A stretch of DNA of 62,415 bases, the filler included, from Nitrospinota bacterium (GTDB taxonomy: Bacteria > JAUXIQ01), in the NCBI GenBank assembly GCA_030620925.1. It is 11 parts of 11 records of this genome, joined end to end, with 100 filler letters (N's around TTAATTAATTAA, not from the genome) between each part and the next. Parts side by side here need not be neighbours in the genome. Positions count along the whole stretch, not along the records: positions 30,678 to 35,798 come from JAUXIQ010000178.1; positions 35,899 to 40,594 come from JAUXIQ010000205.1; positions 40,695 to 43,216 come from JAUXIQ010000444.1; 8 more parts are not named here. One strand, 5' to 3'. Below are positions 31,029 through 40,695 of the stretch, in pieces; position 1 is the stretch's first letter; the number at the start of each line of letters is the position of its first letter. The position numbers were made by a program, and so were the translations under genes. A model generated the notes under the pieces. That model searched no databases. It was not told the origin of the DNA and saw only the letters and a list, made by a program, of their open reading frames with translations.

Positions 31029-32570
31029 TTAATAACTGGTTCCATATTTTTCACGGAGCGCTTTCCTGAGGATTTTACCGGTCGGGTTTTTAGGCAGCTC
31101 TTCTTGAACGAACAGGACGCTCCGGGGCTTCTTGTAGCCCGCCAGGTTGGCCCTGCACAACTCGATTATCTCTTCTTCCGTTGCGGCCGAACCTTCTTTC
31201 AGCTTGATCACGGCCCTCACCGATTCGCCCCATGCTTGGTCGGGATAACCGATAACCGCCGCCTCCATCACCGAAGGATGCCGGTATATTACCTCCTCCA
31301 CCTCCCTGGGGTAGATATTCTCCCCGCCGCTTAAAATCATGTCTTTCTGCCGGTCGGTGATAAAAATGTAGCCATCCTCGTCCACCCAGGCCATATCCCC
31401 GGTATGCAGCCACCCGTTTACGATGGTTTCCGCCGTGGCTTCGGGCTGGTTCCAGTAGCCTTTCATTACGCTGTCAGACCGCACCACTATCTCTCCCATC
31501 TGACCGTCCGGTTTTACGTCGCTTCCTTTTTCGTCCACCACGCGCGCCTTTACGTTCATCATCTCTTTTCCGCAGGAAGAAAGGCGCCGCACGAGCTTCT
31601 CCGGCCCCTGGATGATGTGCTCCTCCGGCTTAAGGGCGGTAATGGGGCCCGTGCTTTCCGTGAGGCCGTAAGACTGATAAAACAGATTCCCAAACCGCTC
31701 GATGCCCTCGCGCAGAAGCTCCACCGGCATGGGCGATGTGCCGTAAGCGATCTGTCTCAGGGAGCTTGTATCATACTTATCGATTTCGGGTTGACGCAGC
31801 AGGAAATTGAACATCGTAGGCGCAAAGATGGTGACGCTTATCTTTTCCTTCTCTATGATGCTCAATGCGTGTTGGGGATCGCATTTCTTCATTAGGTGAA
31901 CGGTGGCGCCGCAGCTCAACAGGGTCAATACCGTGCAGCACCCGACGTGGAAGAGGGGGAGGTTGAACAACGATACGTCGTCGGACGAGTAGTTTCTGCT
32001 CCGGGCGAGGCTGAAGAACGTGGATATGGCGTTCTTATGGGTTATCATGACCCCTTTGGGGGAACCCGTGGTGCCGCTGGTGTAAATGAACCACGCCGTG
32101 TCGTCTTGGGTCTGGGTCGTATCCGGTTTGTGCAGTGGAAATCGGGCTGAGAAGTTCTCATAATCGATCATGCCCAGGGGGGGTTTACCTATGTAGAGGA
32201 AGTGCTCGACGTCCGGAATATCGCTGCGCAAACTTTCAGCGCGGTCCGCATAGTCGTCCAGAACGATCAGTACCCTGGCGCCCGAGTCGTTTATGATAGA
32301 CGCCATTTCACGTTCGGCAAGCCTGTAGTTGACCGGCACGAGGATCATCCCCGCGCAAGGCGCGGCGAGGTATAGCTCGACGTATTGGTGGCAGTTCTCG
32401 CCGAGAACAGCGATCCTGTCGCCGGGGCGGGCAATGGAAAGCAAAGCGTTTGCGGCCCTGTAAACCCGGTCTTTAAGTTGTGAAAACGTTATCCGGTTCC
32501 CCTCAAAACAGACTGCTTCTTTAGCGGGATAACGTCCGGCATTCAGATCGATCACATCGCCAAGCAGCAT
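31029..32570 (-). CDS. Long-chain-fatty-acid--CoA ligase-like protein
   Basis: YTSGTTGSPKG, YGLTE, GWLHTGD, GGENIYP, LPKNPTGKILR. Confidence 0.92.
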   Translation of the reverse strand: MLLGDVIDLNAGRYPAKEAVCFEGNRITFSQLKDRVYRAANALLSIARPGDRIAVLGENCHQYVELYLAAPCAGMILVPVNYRLAEREMASIINDSGARVLIVLDDYADRAESLRSDIPDVEHFLYIGKPPLGMIDYENFSARFPLHKPDTTQTQDDTAWFIYTSGTTGSPKGVMITHKNAISTFFSLARSRNYSSDDVSLFNLPLFHVGCCTVLTLLSCGATVHLMKKCDPQHALSIIEKEKISVTIFAPTMFNFLLRQPEIDKYDTSSLRQIAYGTSPMPVELLREGIERFGNLFYQSYGLTESTGPITALKPEEHIIQGPEKLVRRLSSCGKEMMNVKARVVDEKGSDVKPDGQMGEIVVRSDSVMKGYWNQPEATAETIVNGWLHTGDMAWVDEDGYIFITDRQKDMILSGGENIYPREVEEVIYRHPSVMEAAVIGYPDQAWGESVRAVIKLKEGSAATEEEIIELCRANLAGYKKPRSVLFVQEELPKNPTGKILRKALREKYGTSY

Positions 32571-32607
32571 ATTTCTTCCCCCGCCTTGCCGGGGAGCGGC
32601 CCCCGCG

Positions 32608-33738
32608 CTACAGCTTCCAGAACCGGCTCTGGGCCTCTCGAACTTCCTGGAGGGCCCGCTCCGTATCCAGAGACACCTCTCTGGAGGGCCTCAGCCCGGC
32701 GACGGATTCGGCCGCCGGGTCTTCTATGGCCGACTTGACTCCGCTCAGCTCCTCGATTACGGCCAGGCCGCAGTAGGGAGCGTAACTCTCGCTGTAGCCG
32801 CCTTCGTGCACCATGACCAGCCGCCCTCCGCAGAGCTCTTCCGCCGCCTGGAGCATCAGGCGGGTCATCCTGCGGAACCCGTCGGCGGAGACCACCATTC
32901 GCCCCATAGGGTCTGACCGGCTGGGGTCCAGCCCCGAGGAAACCATCAGCAGGTCGGGCTGGTGCTGCCTGGCTATGGGAACCACTATCTGCTCGAAGGC
33001 GGTCGCGTAGCCCATGTCGCCTGTACCCGCGGGCAGAGGCAGGTTTACGGTGAATCCCTCGCCGGGGCCTTCGCCCGTTTCTTCCACCGTCCCCGAGTCG
33101 AAAGGATAGAGTCCCTCCTGGTGCAGCGATATGAACACTACCGAGGGGTCGGAATAGAAGGCCGCCTGTGTTCCGTTGCCGTGGTGTACGTCCCAGTCAA
33201 CGATGAGGATACGGTCGACGTTGTGGACGGCTTTGGCGTGTTTGGCGGCGACGGCGACGTTATTGAAGATGCAAAAACCCATGCCCTTGTCGGCCACGGC
33301 GTGGTGACCCGGGGGACGCAAGAGGGCGTAGATGTTCCGGGTCCGGCCCTGCAGTGTGGCGTCCACGGCCGCCATGGCGCCCCCCGCCGCCAGTAGGGCG
33401 ATCTCAAAGGAGCCCTCGCCCATCAGGGCGGCTTCGCCGGCGTCGCCGCCGCCCTGGACGACGCTGATCTCAAGAACCCGCCGGATATAGTCCGCCGTGT
33501 GGTAGCGCTCTATATCCGGGATTTCAGCAGGGTAGGGGGACACCTCCAGAAGATGCTGCGCCAGGCCCGATTTATCCACCAGTTCTTTGATACGGCTCAC
33601 CCGCCGGGGGCTTTCGACGTGTGGGTCCTGGTCATCGTAAGGGTATGGCCGGGGGGGCCAGCCAATCATGGCGACCCCCGGATCGTGTTTCAGGTAAGCG
33701 GGATGGAAGACAAAGCCGGTGCGGGGGTTATCCACCAT
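32608..33738 (-). CDS. Zn-dependent histone-deacetylase-like amidohydrolase (class II type)
   Basis: RPPGHHA, GFCIFNN, DWDVHHGNGT, HEGGY. Confidence 0.92.
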   Translation of the reverse strand: MVDNPRTGFVFHPAYLKHDPGVAMIGWPPRPYPYDDQDPHVESPRRVSRIKELVDKSGLAQHLLEVSPYPAEIPDIERYHTADYIRRVLEISVVQGGGDAGEAALMGEGSFEIALLAAGGAMAAVDATLQGRTRNIYALLRPPGHHAVADKGMGFCIFNNVAVAAKHAKAVHNVDRILIVDWDVHHGNGTQAAFYSDPSVVFISLHQEGLYPFDSGTVEETGEGPGEGFTVNLPLPAGTGDMGYATAFEQIVVPIARQHQPDLLMVSSGLDPSRSDPMGRMVVSADGFRRMTRLMLQAAEELCGGRLVMVHEGGYSESYAPYCGLAVIEELSGVKSAIEDPAAESVAGLRPSREVSLDTERALQEVREAQSRFWKL

Positions 33739-34159
33739 GATCGATGACCTCCCTCTGCGAATTTATTATGGTCTCAGCCGTGAACCGCGGTTAACCCCCC
33801 CCATCTTGAGGGGGCATTGTTTGCATACTCAAGCGTATGACGACAATTCTAACGGGTGCCAGAGGGGCTTAGCCCGGACCGGCCTTTCGTCTATTGCGGC
33901 AGACCCCGGCGTTCCATCCGAACCGGAGTTTCCAAAGGATATCGTCGCCCCACCCGCATTAATTGTACCGATGATTTCTGCAATAAGCCCATATCCTACC
34001 ATAAAAACCTGACTGATTGAGGAAGGGGGTGATTATTGATTCACTCAAAAGGAAGGTAAAATTTTCAGTTATTCTGGTAAATTCTTGCAGTTTCTTTCAA
34101 TTCGCTGTAAATTTATGGTTAACATAATTAACATAGTTAATATAATGGTAATATAGAGG

Positions 34160-34188
34160 TTGATATGGGTGATGGGTATATGTATAAT
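34160..34188 (+). promoter_or_regulatory. Putative sigma70 promoter for the thiolase gene
   Basis: TTGATA-17 nt-TATAAT in an AT-rich divergent intergenic region. Confidence 0.55.
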
Positions 34189-34320
34189 TAATTGTGCCTC
34201 GCACGGGTTAGAGGTGGGCAAGGAGGAAGGTTTCAGTTTTAGGTACAATATTATGGCGAGGATAGGGATTCAACCCGGAATTTATTAAAGGACGGTATCA
34301 ATTGAGGAAGGAGTCGCGAG

Positions 34321-35526
34321 ATGACAAAAGGCATCAAGGATAAGGTAGTTATTCTGGGCATGGGCTGTTCCAAGTTCGGTGAGCGTTGGGAAGCTGGCTC
34401 AGAAGATCTTCTGGTAGAGGCGTTCGTGGAATGTATCGAAGACGCGGGAATCGACAAGAAGGAGCTCGAGGCCTGCTATTACGGATGCCAGATCGATGAA
34501 GTTAACGTGGGCAAAGGGGCCAACCCCTGCGCCACCACGCTCAAGTTACCCTATATCCCCGTGACCAGGGTGGAGAACTACTGCGCCACCGCCACCGAAG
34601 CCTTCAGGGCTGCGGCATACGCGGTAGCCTCCGGAGCCTACGATATCGCTCTGGCTATAGGCGTGGAAAAATTGAAAGATACCGGCTACGGGGGGCTCCC
34701 CGGCGGTAACGGCGGCGGTCAGATGTCGGTTAATATCGGCTTTGACGGCACGGCCCCCGGGATGTTCGCCCAGTTAGCCACCGGCTACTCAAATAAGTAC
34801 GATATACCCATGGATAAGCTGAAGGAAGCCATGGCCCACATTTCCTGGAAGAGCCATAAAAACGGCGCCATGAATCCCAGGGCGCATCTCCGCAAAGAAG
34901 TGAGCATGGAACAGATACTGAAAGCTCCCATGATCGCTTATCCGTTGGGCCTGTTCGACTGCTGCGGCGTGAGCGACGGTGCCGCCGCCGCTATTATCAC
35001 CACCCCGGAAATAGCTAAAAAACTGAAGCCGAACGATGATATCGTCAAAGTCAAGGCGCTCCAGATTGCAGTCAGCTCCGGTGAGGAAGCGTTATACAAC
35101 ACCTGGGACGGAGCGCATATAGAGACAGTCAAACGAGCCGCTGCCTCAGCCTACCAGGAAGCGGGCATAAAAAATCCCCGTGAAGAGATCAGCATGATGG
35201 AAGTGCACGACTGCTTCTCCATCACCGAGCTCTGTGTCTATGAAGACCTGGGGATTTCCCCCAGGGGTGAGGCCGTAGACGACATCATGAACGGGTTCTA
35301 CGATCTGGACGGCCAGATACCCTGCCAGAGCGACGGCGGGTTGAAATGCTTCGGCCATCCCATAGGGGCTTCAGGGTTGAGGATGATCTACGAAGTCTAC
35401 AACCAGCTTCTCGGAAGATTGCCCGCAGAAAGGCAGATCAAAGACCCCGTCAAGGGATTGACTCATAACCTGGGCGGTTCACCCAGCCAGAATGTCAGCA
35501 GCATAGCCATTCTGGGCAAAGATTAA
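34321..35526 (+). CDS. Acetyl-CoA acetyltransferase (SCP2-type thiolase)
   Basis: TRVENYCAT (catalytic Cys), EVHDCF, GHPIGASG, HNLGG. Confidence 0.9.
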   Translation: MTKGIKDKVVILGMGCSKFGERWEAGSEDLLVEAFVECIEDAGIDKKELEACYYGCQIDEVNVGKGANPCATTLKLPYIPVTRVENYCATATEAFRAAAYAVASGAYDIALAIGVEKLKDTGYGGLPGGNGGGQMSVNIGFDGTAPGMFAQLATGYSNKYDIPMDKLKEAMAHISWKSHKNGAMNPRAHLRKEVSMEQILKAPMIAYPLGLFDCCGVSDGAAAAIITTPEIAKKLKPNDDIVKVKALQIAVSSGEEALYNTWDGAHIETVKRAAASAYQEAGIKNPREEISMMEVHDCFSITELCVYEDLGISPRGEAVDDIMNGFYDLDGQIPCQSDGGLKCFGHPIGASGLRMIYEVYNQLLGRLPAERQIKDPVKGLTHNLGGSPSQNVSSIAILGKD

Positions 35527-35576
35527 CGAAAGTCGTAGAGTCGGTTCCTTTTCAGGGAATCGACCCGGAGAAAAAT

Positions 35577-35616
35577 ACGAAGCCCCGTTCTTCGGAACGG
35601 GGCTTCGTCTTTTTTT
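35577..35616 (+). terminator. Intrinsic terminator
   Basis: Perfect 14-bp stem ACGAAGCCCCGTTC/GAACGGGGCTTCGT with a TTCG loop, followed by C and T7. Confidence 0.9.
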
Positions 35617-35669
35617 GGATAAAAGCTGATTATCGCCTGCTCGAGCAAGCCCACGTTCTTAATCATGGA

Positions 35670-35782
35670 CAATTACCCCGCCATACGCGGGACGCCCCTA
35701 CGAGAAATTGCTGGGGACGTTGGGGGGTTGTAGGGGCGTATTGCATACGCCCAATAGGGCGGGTTATAAACCCGCCCCTACG
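35670..35782. repeat. GTAG-type REP-like palindrome cluster
   Basis: GTAGGGGCGTATTGCATACGCCC plus inverted GGGCGGGTTATAAACCCGCCCCTAC; a near-identical doublet occurs at 56641-56694. Confidence 0.85.
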
Positions 35783-35900
35783 TTGTGTCTTTGTGGTCNN
35801 NNNNNNNNNNNNNNNNNNNNNNNNNNNNNNNNNNNNNNNNNNTTAATTAATTAANNNNNNNNNNNNNNNNNNNNNNNNNNNNNNNNNNNNNNNNNNNNAC

Positions 35901-36164
35901 CTCGTGGGCGAGGGGGACCTGGTCGCCCAGTACCGCTACATCTACCAGAAGATAGGCATGATGCTCGATGAGGCGGGCGGCTCCCTGAAAGATATAGTCC
36001 TCAGCCGCTATTATCTGGTCACTCAGGAAAATCTGGAGGGGCTGCTCGAGGCGCGGGCGGAGATTTTTAAAGACAACTTTCCGGCGGCCACAGGTATCGT
36101 GGTGGCCGGTCTGCTCCTTCCCGGTATTCTCCTCGAAGTGGAAGCCATCGCCGTTATAGGATAA
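35901..36164 (+). CDS. RidA/YjgF-family protein (5' truncated)
   Basis: LDEAGGSLKDIV, FPAAT..V..L..LLEVEAIAV. Confidence 0.85.
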   Translation, partial: LVGEGDLVAQYRYIYQKIGMMLDEAGGSLKDIVLSRYYLVTQENLEGLLEARAEIFKDNFPAATGIVVAGLLLPGILLEVEAIAVIG

Positions 36165-36189
36165 CCTTTGAATTTGCCGAGGAGCGTTC

Positions 36190-37407
36190 ATGGATTGGGA
36201 AGAGCTGTTCGCTGACAGGGTGGAGGCCATCGGGGTCTCAGACCTGGACGGGCTGTTCGCGCTCATCGAGAAGCCTGAAGTAATCTCCTTCGCGGCGGGC
36301 GTACCCTGCGCCTCATCCTATCCGATCGACCGCATCAAAGCGGTCGTGGATCACACTTTCGCCACCGACATCGTACAAGCACTGGGCTACGGCGCCGACA
36401 GGGGCTGGAGCCCGCTCAGGGAATGGGTGGCGGAACACGTGGGCACCGTAGAGGGGCTGAGCGCAGGCAAAGACAACATCCTCATAACCTCCGGCAGCCT
36501 GCACGCCTTCGATCTCATCAGCAAGATATTGATCAGCCCCGGGGATACCGTGCTGGTGGAAGAACCCTCCTATCTCGCCGCCATCCAGACGCTGCGCAGC
36601 TACCAGGCCCAGATCGTCAGTATCCCCATGGATGACGGCGGTGTGGACGTGGGCAGGATGGAGGGCATCCTTAACGTACTGAAACGCTCCAGGATAAAGC
36701 CCAAGTTCTTTTACACCATCTCCTCCTTTCAGAACCCCACCGGTATCACCCTGAGCGGGGAGCGCAGGCCCAGGCTGGCCGAACTGCTCCGCAGTCACCG
36801 CGTGGTCCTCGTGGAAGACAACACCTACGGCGAACTCTATTTTGAAGGCGAACCGCTTCCTTCAGTCTCCTCCTACATGCCCGAAGGGGCTATCTACATG
36901 GGGACCTTCTCAAAGATTTTCGCCCCCGGGGTGAGACTGGGATGGGCCGTGGCCCATCCACAGGTAATCGACAAGATGGCCATCGGGATGCAGTGCACCG
37001 ATCAGTGCCCCAACTCGTTCACCCAGCGCATAGTCTACGAATACGCCCGTCGGGGTTGGATCGGAGAACAGGTGAGCCGGGCGACGAAAATATATAAGCG
37101 CAAGCGCGACCTCATGCTGAAAGCTCTTAAGAAACATCTCCCCTCCGAAGCTGACTGGACTGTCCCCCGTGGAGGTTTCTTCCTGTGGGTGCGCCTCCCC
37201 AAAGACGTGGACACTTACACCATGTTCAAGCCCGCCGTGGAAGAAGAGCTGGTGGCCTACGCCGCCGGCTCCTCCTTCTACCCCGACAGGCGCCGCACCA
37301 GCGAACTGAGACTCGCATACAGTCAGGTGCAGCCTGAGCTCATCGAAGAAGGCATCAGCAGGCTCGGCCGCGCCATAGAAAAACATCGAACCCGCCCATC
37401 ACCTTGA
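36190..37407 (+). CDS. PLP-dependent aminotransferase (class I/II, LysN-like)
   Basis: ISFAAGVP, FQNPTG, EDNTYGEL, GTFSKIFAPGVRLGW. Confidence 0.9.
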   Translation: MDWEELFADRVEAIGVSDLDGLFALIEKPEVISFAAGVPCASSYPIDRIKAVVDHTFATDIVQALGYGADRGWSPLREWVAEHVGTVEGLSAGKDNILITSGSLHAFDLISKILISPGDTVLVEEPSYLAAIQTLRSYQAQIVSIPMDDGGVDVGRMEGILNVLKRSRIKPKFFYTISSFQNPTGITLSGERRPRLAELLRSHRVVLVEDNTYGELYFEGEPLPSVSSYMPEGAIYMGTFSKIFAPGVRLGWAVAHPQVIDKMAIGMQCTDQCPNSFTQRIVYEYARRGWIGEQVSRATKIYKRKRDLMLKALKKHLPSEADWTVPRGGFFLWVRLPKDVDTYTMFKPAVEEELVAYAAGSSFYPDRRRTSELRLAYSQVQPELIEEGISRLGRAIEKHRTRPSP

Positions 37408-37543
37408 CCACGAGGTAAAAACCGATAGCGTCTTGTCAAAAACAGGGCTCTGTGCGATATTGAAAACGAAAGAGCTCGATTATCCGCAACGTATCCAGCT
37501 GATATATTTTTTATCGCGCCTGGAAGGCGCTCTTACTGAGGCT

Positions 37544-37864
37544 GGGGGGCGATCCCGCCCTCCGCGGGGCACCCCTACGAAATATTACCCGGAACGTTGT
37601 GCAGTCGTATGGGCGGGTTTCAAACCCACCCTCCAAGATTATGAGAATTTTAAAAAAGCAGGTTTGATCCTGCGGTGTGAAACTTGTCCTATGATATATT
37701 GTCAGAAATGTTGTGCAGTCGTAGGGGCAGGCCCCTGTGCCTGCCCAAATGACAAAAACGTCCATGAGGGGCAATCCCGCCTGCCGCGGGACGGTTGCCC
37801 CTACGGTTATTGAATATATGAGTGGATTAGGTTTGATCCCGTGTCGCGCGGGACTCAGAATGAC
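37544..37864. repeat. REP-like palindrome cluster
   Basis: GTAGGGGCAGGCCCCTGTGCCTGCCC, ...TTGCCCCTAC, GGGCGGGTTTCAAACCC, duplicated GTTGTGCAGTCGTA, ...CTCAGAATGAC. Confidence 0.8.
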
Positions 37865-37875
37865 GGAATAAGGAA

Positions 37876-38877
37876 ATGTTCAAGAAATTAAGATTCGGCA
37901 GGAAAAAAGACAAAAAATCGGAGGAAGCATCCGCCCCTCTCGCCGGGAAGACCGGAGGAAAAGACAGCTTCTTCTCCCGGCTGGTGCAGGGTCTGGCCAA
38001 GACGCGCAAAGGCTTCATTTCCAACCTCCGCTCCGTCCTGCGGGGGAGAGTCATCAACGATGAGCTGCTGGGTGACCTGGAAGAGGTGATGATCACCGCG
38101 GACATGGGCGTCCCCACCACCACCCGAATCATGGAAGACGTGCGCCGAAAAGCCTCGGAGCGGAGCATCAGGGAAGCGGAAGACATAATAGACCTGATCA
38201 AGGAAAGCATAGGAGAATCCCTGAAGGATCTGGCCGCACCTCTGAACGTAGAGGGTGGGGACCCCGCGGTAATAATGGTCCTGGGTGTAAACGGCGTGGG
38301 CAAGACTACCACCATCGGCAAGCTCGCCTACAATCTCAGAGATAACGGCAAGAAAGTCATACTGGCCGCAGGAGACACCTTCAGGGCCGCCGCTATCGAG
38401 CAGCTCGAGGTGTGGGCGGACAGGGCCGGGGCGGATATAATCAAGGGGCGCGGCGGCGGCGACCCCTCAGCGGTGATCTATGATTCGATACAGGCTGCGC
38501 GGTCCAGGAACTGCGACGTGGTCATTGCCGACACAGCGGGACGGCTGCACACCAAGGTAAACCTCATGGAAGAGCTCAAGAAAATGAAACGAGTGATAAA
38601 CCGGGAGGTGAAAGGTGCGCCCCACGAAGTGCTTCTGGTGCTGGACGCCACCACCGGCCAGAACGCCGTATCCCAGGCCCGTGTGTTCCACGAGGCACTT
38701 GGGGTCACCGGCATCGCCCTCACCAAGCTGGACGGCACGGCCAAAGGCGGCGTGGTGGTGAGCATCGTCACCGAACTGGACCTGCCCCTCAAGCTCATCG
38801 GTATAGGCGAAAAAATCGACGACCTGCGCCCCTTTGACCCCGCCCTGTTCGTAGAAGCCCTCTTCCAGGACGCATGA
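37876..38877 (+). CDS. ftsY: Signal recognition particle receptor FtsY
   Basis: GVNGVGKTTTIGKLA, DTFRAAA, DTAGRL, TKLDGTAKGG. Confidence 0.96.
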   Translation: MFKKLRFGRKKDKKSEEASAPLAGKTGGKDSFFSRLVQGLAKTRKGFISNLRSVLRGRVINDELLGDLEEVMITADMGVPTTTRIMEDVRRKASERSIREAEDIIDLIKESIGESLKDLAAPLNVEGGDPAVIMVLGVNGVGKTTTIGKLAYNLRDNGKKVILAAGDTFRAAAIEQLEVWADRAGADIIKGRGGGDPSAVIYDSIQAARSRNCDVVIADTAGRLHTKVNLMEELKKMKRVINREVKGAPHEVLLVLDATTGQNAVSQARVFHEALGVTGIALTKLDGTAKGGVVVSIVTELDLPLKLIGIGEKIDDLRPFDPALFVEALFQDA

Positions 38878-39056
38878 TACAAGACACAGGACCCAAACCT
38901 CTTCAAATTTCCGCCCGACATGACCCTCGACTCTGTGCTGGTGAAAACATAGCTGCGAAATTTTATTGTAGGTGCAAGTAAAATGTAATAACGTAGGAGA
39001 GACCTTCGCCGCTCACGCCATCTTTGCGGTCAATCAATAAAAGGGGGGAACGGCCA

Positions 39057-40034
39057 ATGAAGATAGATATGCACAACCATTTCTACCCGGCGGCATACCT
39101 CGACGCGGTGGAAAAAACCGAGAGCAGCCTCTCCATCGAGAAGGACGGGCGAGGCCGCAACGTAATCACCGACGGGGGCGTCCGCATCGTCACCCTCACC
39201 GAACCTATGACCGAGCCTGCCCGCCGAATAGAGGACATGGACAAGTGCGGGGTGGACATGCAGATCATATCTCTCACCGCACCCAACGTGAACTTCGTGG
39301 AAGCCGAACAGGGTCTGGAGCTGGCCCGTGCGGCCAACGACGGCATCGCCGAGGTAGTGAGCCTCTACCCGGATCGTCTGGTGGGCCTGGCCAGCGTTCC
39401 ATTGAAGAACGTTGATTTAGCCTGCGGCGAAATGACTCGCGCCGTGAACGAATTGGGGCTGAAGGGCGTCGCCATCGGCTCCAACATAGCGGGCATTCAG
39501 TTGGACAACCCCCTACTGATACCCTTCTATCAGAAAGCGGCGGAAATGGACCTGCCGGTCTTCATCCATCCCATGACACCCGCCGGCTCAGAAGTGATGA
39601 AACAGTACCGACTGGCGCCCCTCATAGGGTTCGAGTTCGACCTGACCCTGGCCCTCTGCCGCCTGGTCTACAGCGGCATCATGGAGCAACTGCCCGAACT
39701 GAAGATCGTCATCTCTCATCTGGGCGGCGCCATACCCTATCTCTTTGAGCGCATAGACAACGGCTACCGCGCCTATCCCGAGTGCAGCGAAAATATACCC
39801 CGACTTCCGAGCGAGTACATGAAAAGGGTTTACTACGACACGGTCTCTTTTTACCAGCCCGCCCTGCTCTGCGCCTACCTGGCGGTTGGGGCGGAACAAC
39901 TGGTCATGGGCAGCGACTACCCCCACGTCATCGGCGACCTGGAGCGTTCTGTAACCACCATCGAAGAAATGGAGATACCCCAGGGGGAAAAGGAAAAAAT
40001 ACTTGGTAACGCGGGTAGTATCCTGAACATGTAA
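39057..40034 (+). CDS. Amidohydrolase_2 family protein (ACMSD-like decarboxylase/hydrolase)
   Basis: IDMHNH, FIHP, SHLGGAIP, GSDYPH; ATG at 39057 follows a G-rich RBS. Confidence 0.87.
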   Translation: MKIDMHNHFYPAAYLDAVEKTESSLSIEKDGRGRNVITDGGVRIVTLTEPMTEPARRIEDMDKCGVDMQIISLTAPNVNFVEAEQGLELARAANDGIAEVVSLYPDRLVGLASVPLKNVDLACGEMTRAVNELGLKGVAIGSNIAGIQLDNPLLIPFYQKAAEMDLPVFIHPMTPAGSEVMKQYRLAPLIGFEFDLTLALCRLVYSGIMEQLPELKIVISHLGGAIPYLFERIDNGYRAYPECSENIPRLPSEYMKRVYYDTVSFYQPALLCAYLAVGAEQLVMGSDYPHVIGDLERSVTTIEEMEIPQGEKEKILGNAGSILNM

Positions 40035-40039
40035 AGCGT

Positions 40040-40594
40040 TTAGGGACACCGTCCCACCTTCCGTGGGATGTCTTTAGAGCAGGGGTAATCTTCCGAGAAG
40101 TTTTTTAATTTATTGTAATCCTCAGGCCCTGTCCATACGCTGCATCTTGTCATTCTTCACTCCGTCCCGCCTTCCGCGGGATGGAGTGAAGAATCTCGCC
40201 TGCCCGTGCAAACCCGTTTTCTTTGGGCTTTTGCAACCCCCCTCCCCTTTTTCCCCTCCCTCCAGGGGTTTTTTAGGGGAGAAAAACCGAATAGCTCGGA
40301 TGTGCGAGATTCTTCGCTTCGCTCAGAATGACAGTAGCCTGTGAGCGTGTTTTCCTTTCGAATCACGGCGGTATGCCGCTCCTACGATAATTTAATTCCG
40401 CAGTTCCGTGGAAGGCGGGGTCAAGGAAGGGGGAATTACTACACGGCCTGCTTTGTAGGGGCAGTCCCGCGTTCGGCGGGCTCTGCCCAGGGCTCGGCCC
40501 GCCGTGCCCCTGCGATTCAGCATCCTGTCATTCTGAATGGAGTCCCGCCTTCCGCGGGATGGAGTGAAGAATCTCGCCTGCCCGTGCAAACCCG
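40040..40594. repeat. REP-like/palindromic repeat cluster running to the contig end
   Basis: ~53-nt direct repeat GTCCCGCCTTCCGCGGGATGGAGTGAAGAATCTCGCCTGCCCGTGCAAACCCG at ~40164 and ~40542; GAGATTCTTCGCTTCGCTCAGAATGACA; GTAGGGGCA..TGCCC. Confidence 0.85.
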
Positions 40595-40695
40595 NNNNNN
40601 NNNNNNNNNNNNNNNNNNNNNNNNNNNNNNNNNNNNNNTTAATTAATTAANNNNNNNNNNNNNNNNNNNNNNNNNNNNNNNNNNNNNNNNNNNNC

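Noticed and set aside
37433-37813. ORFs over the repeat clusters (also 40147-40646, 56199-56775)
   Set aside because: They translate REP palindromes (VGAGPCACP, CHSERSEES) and are not credible proteins.
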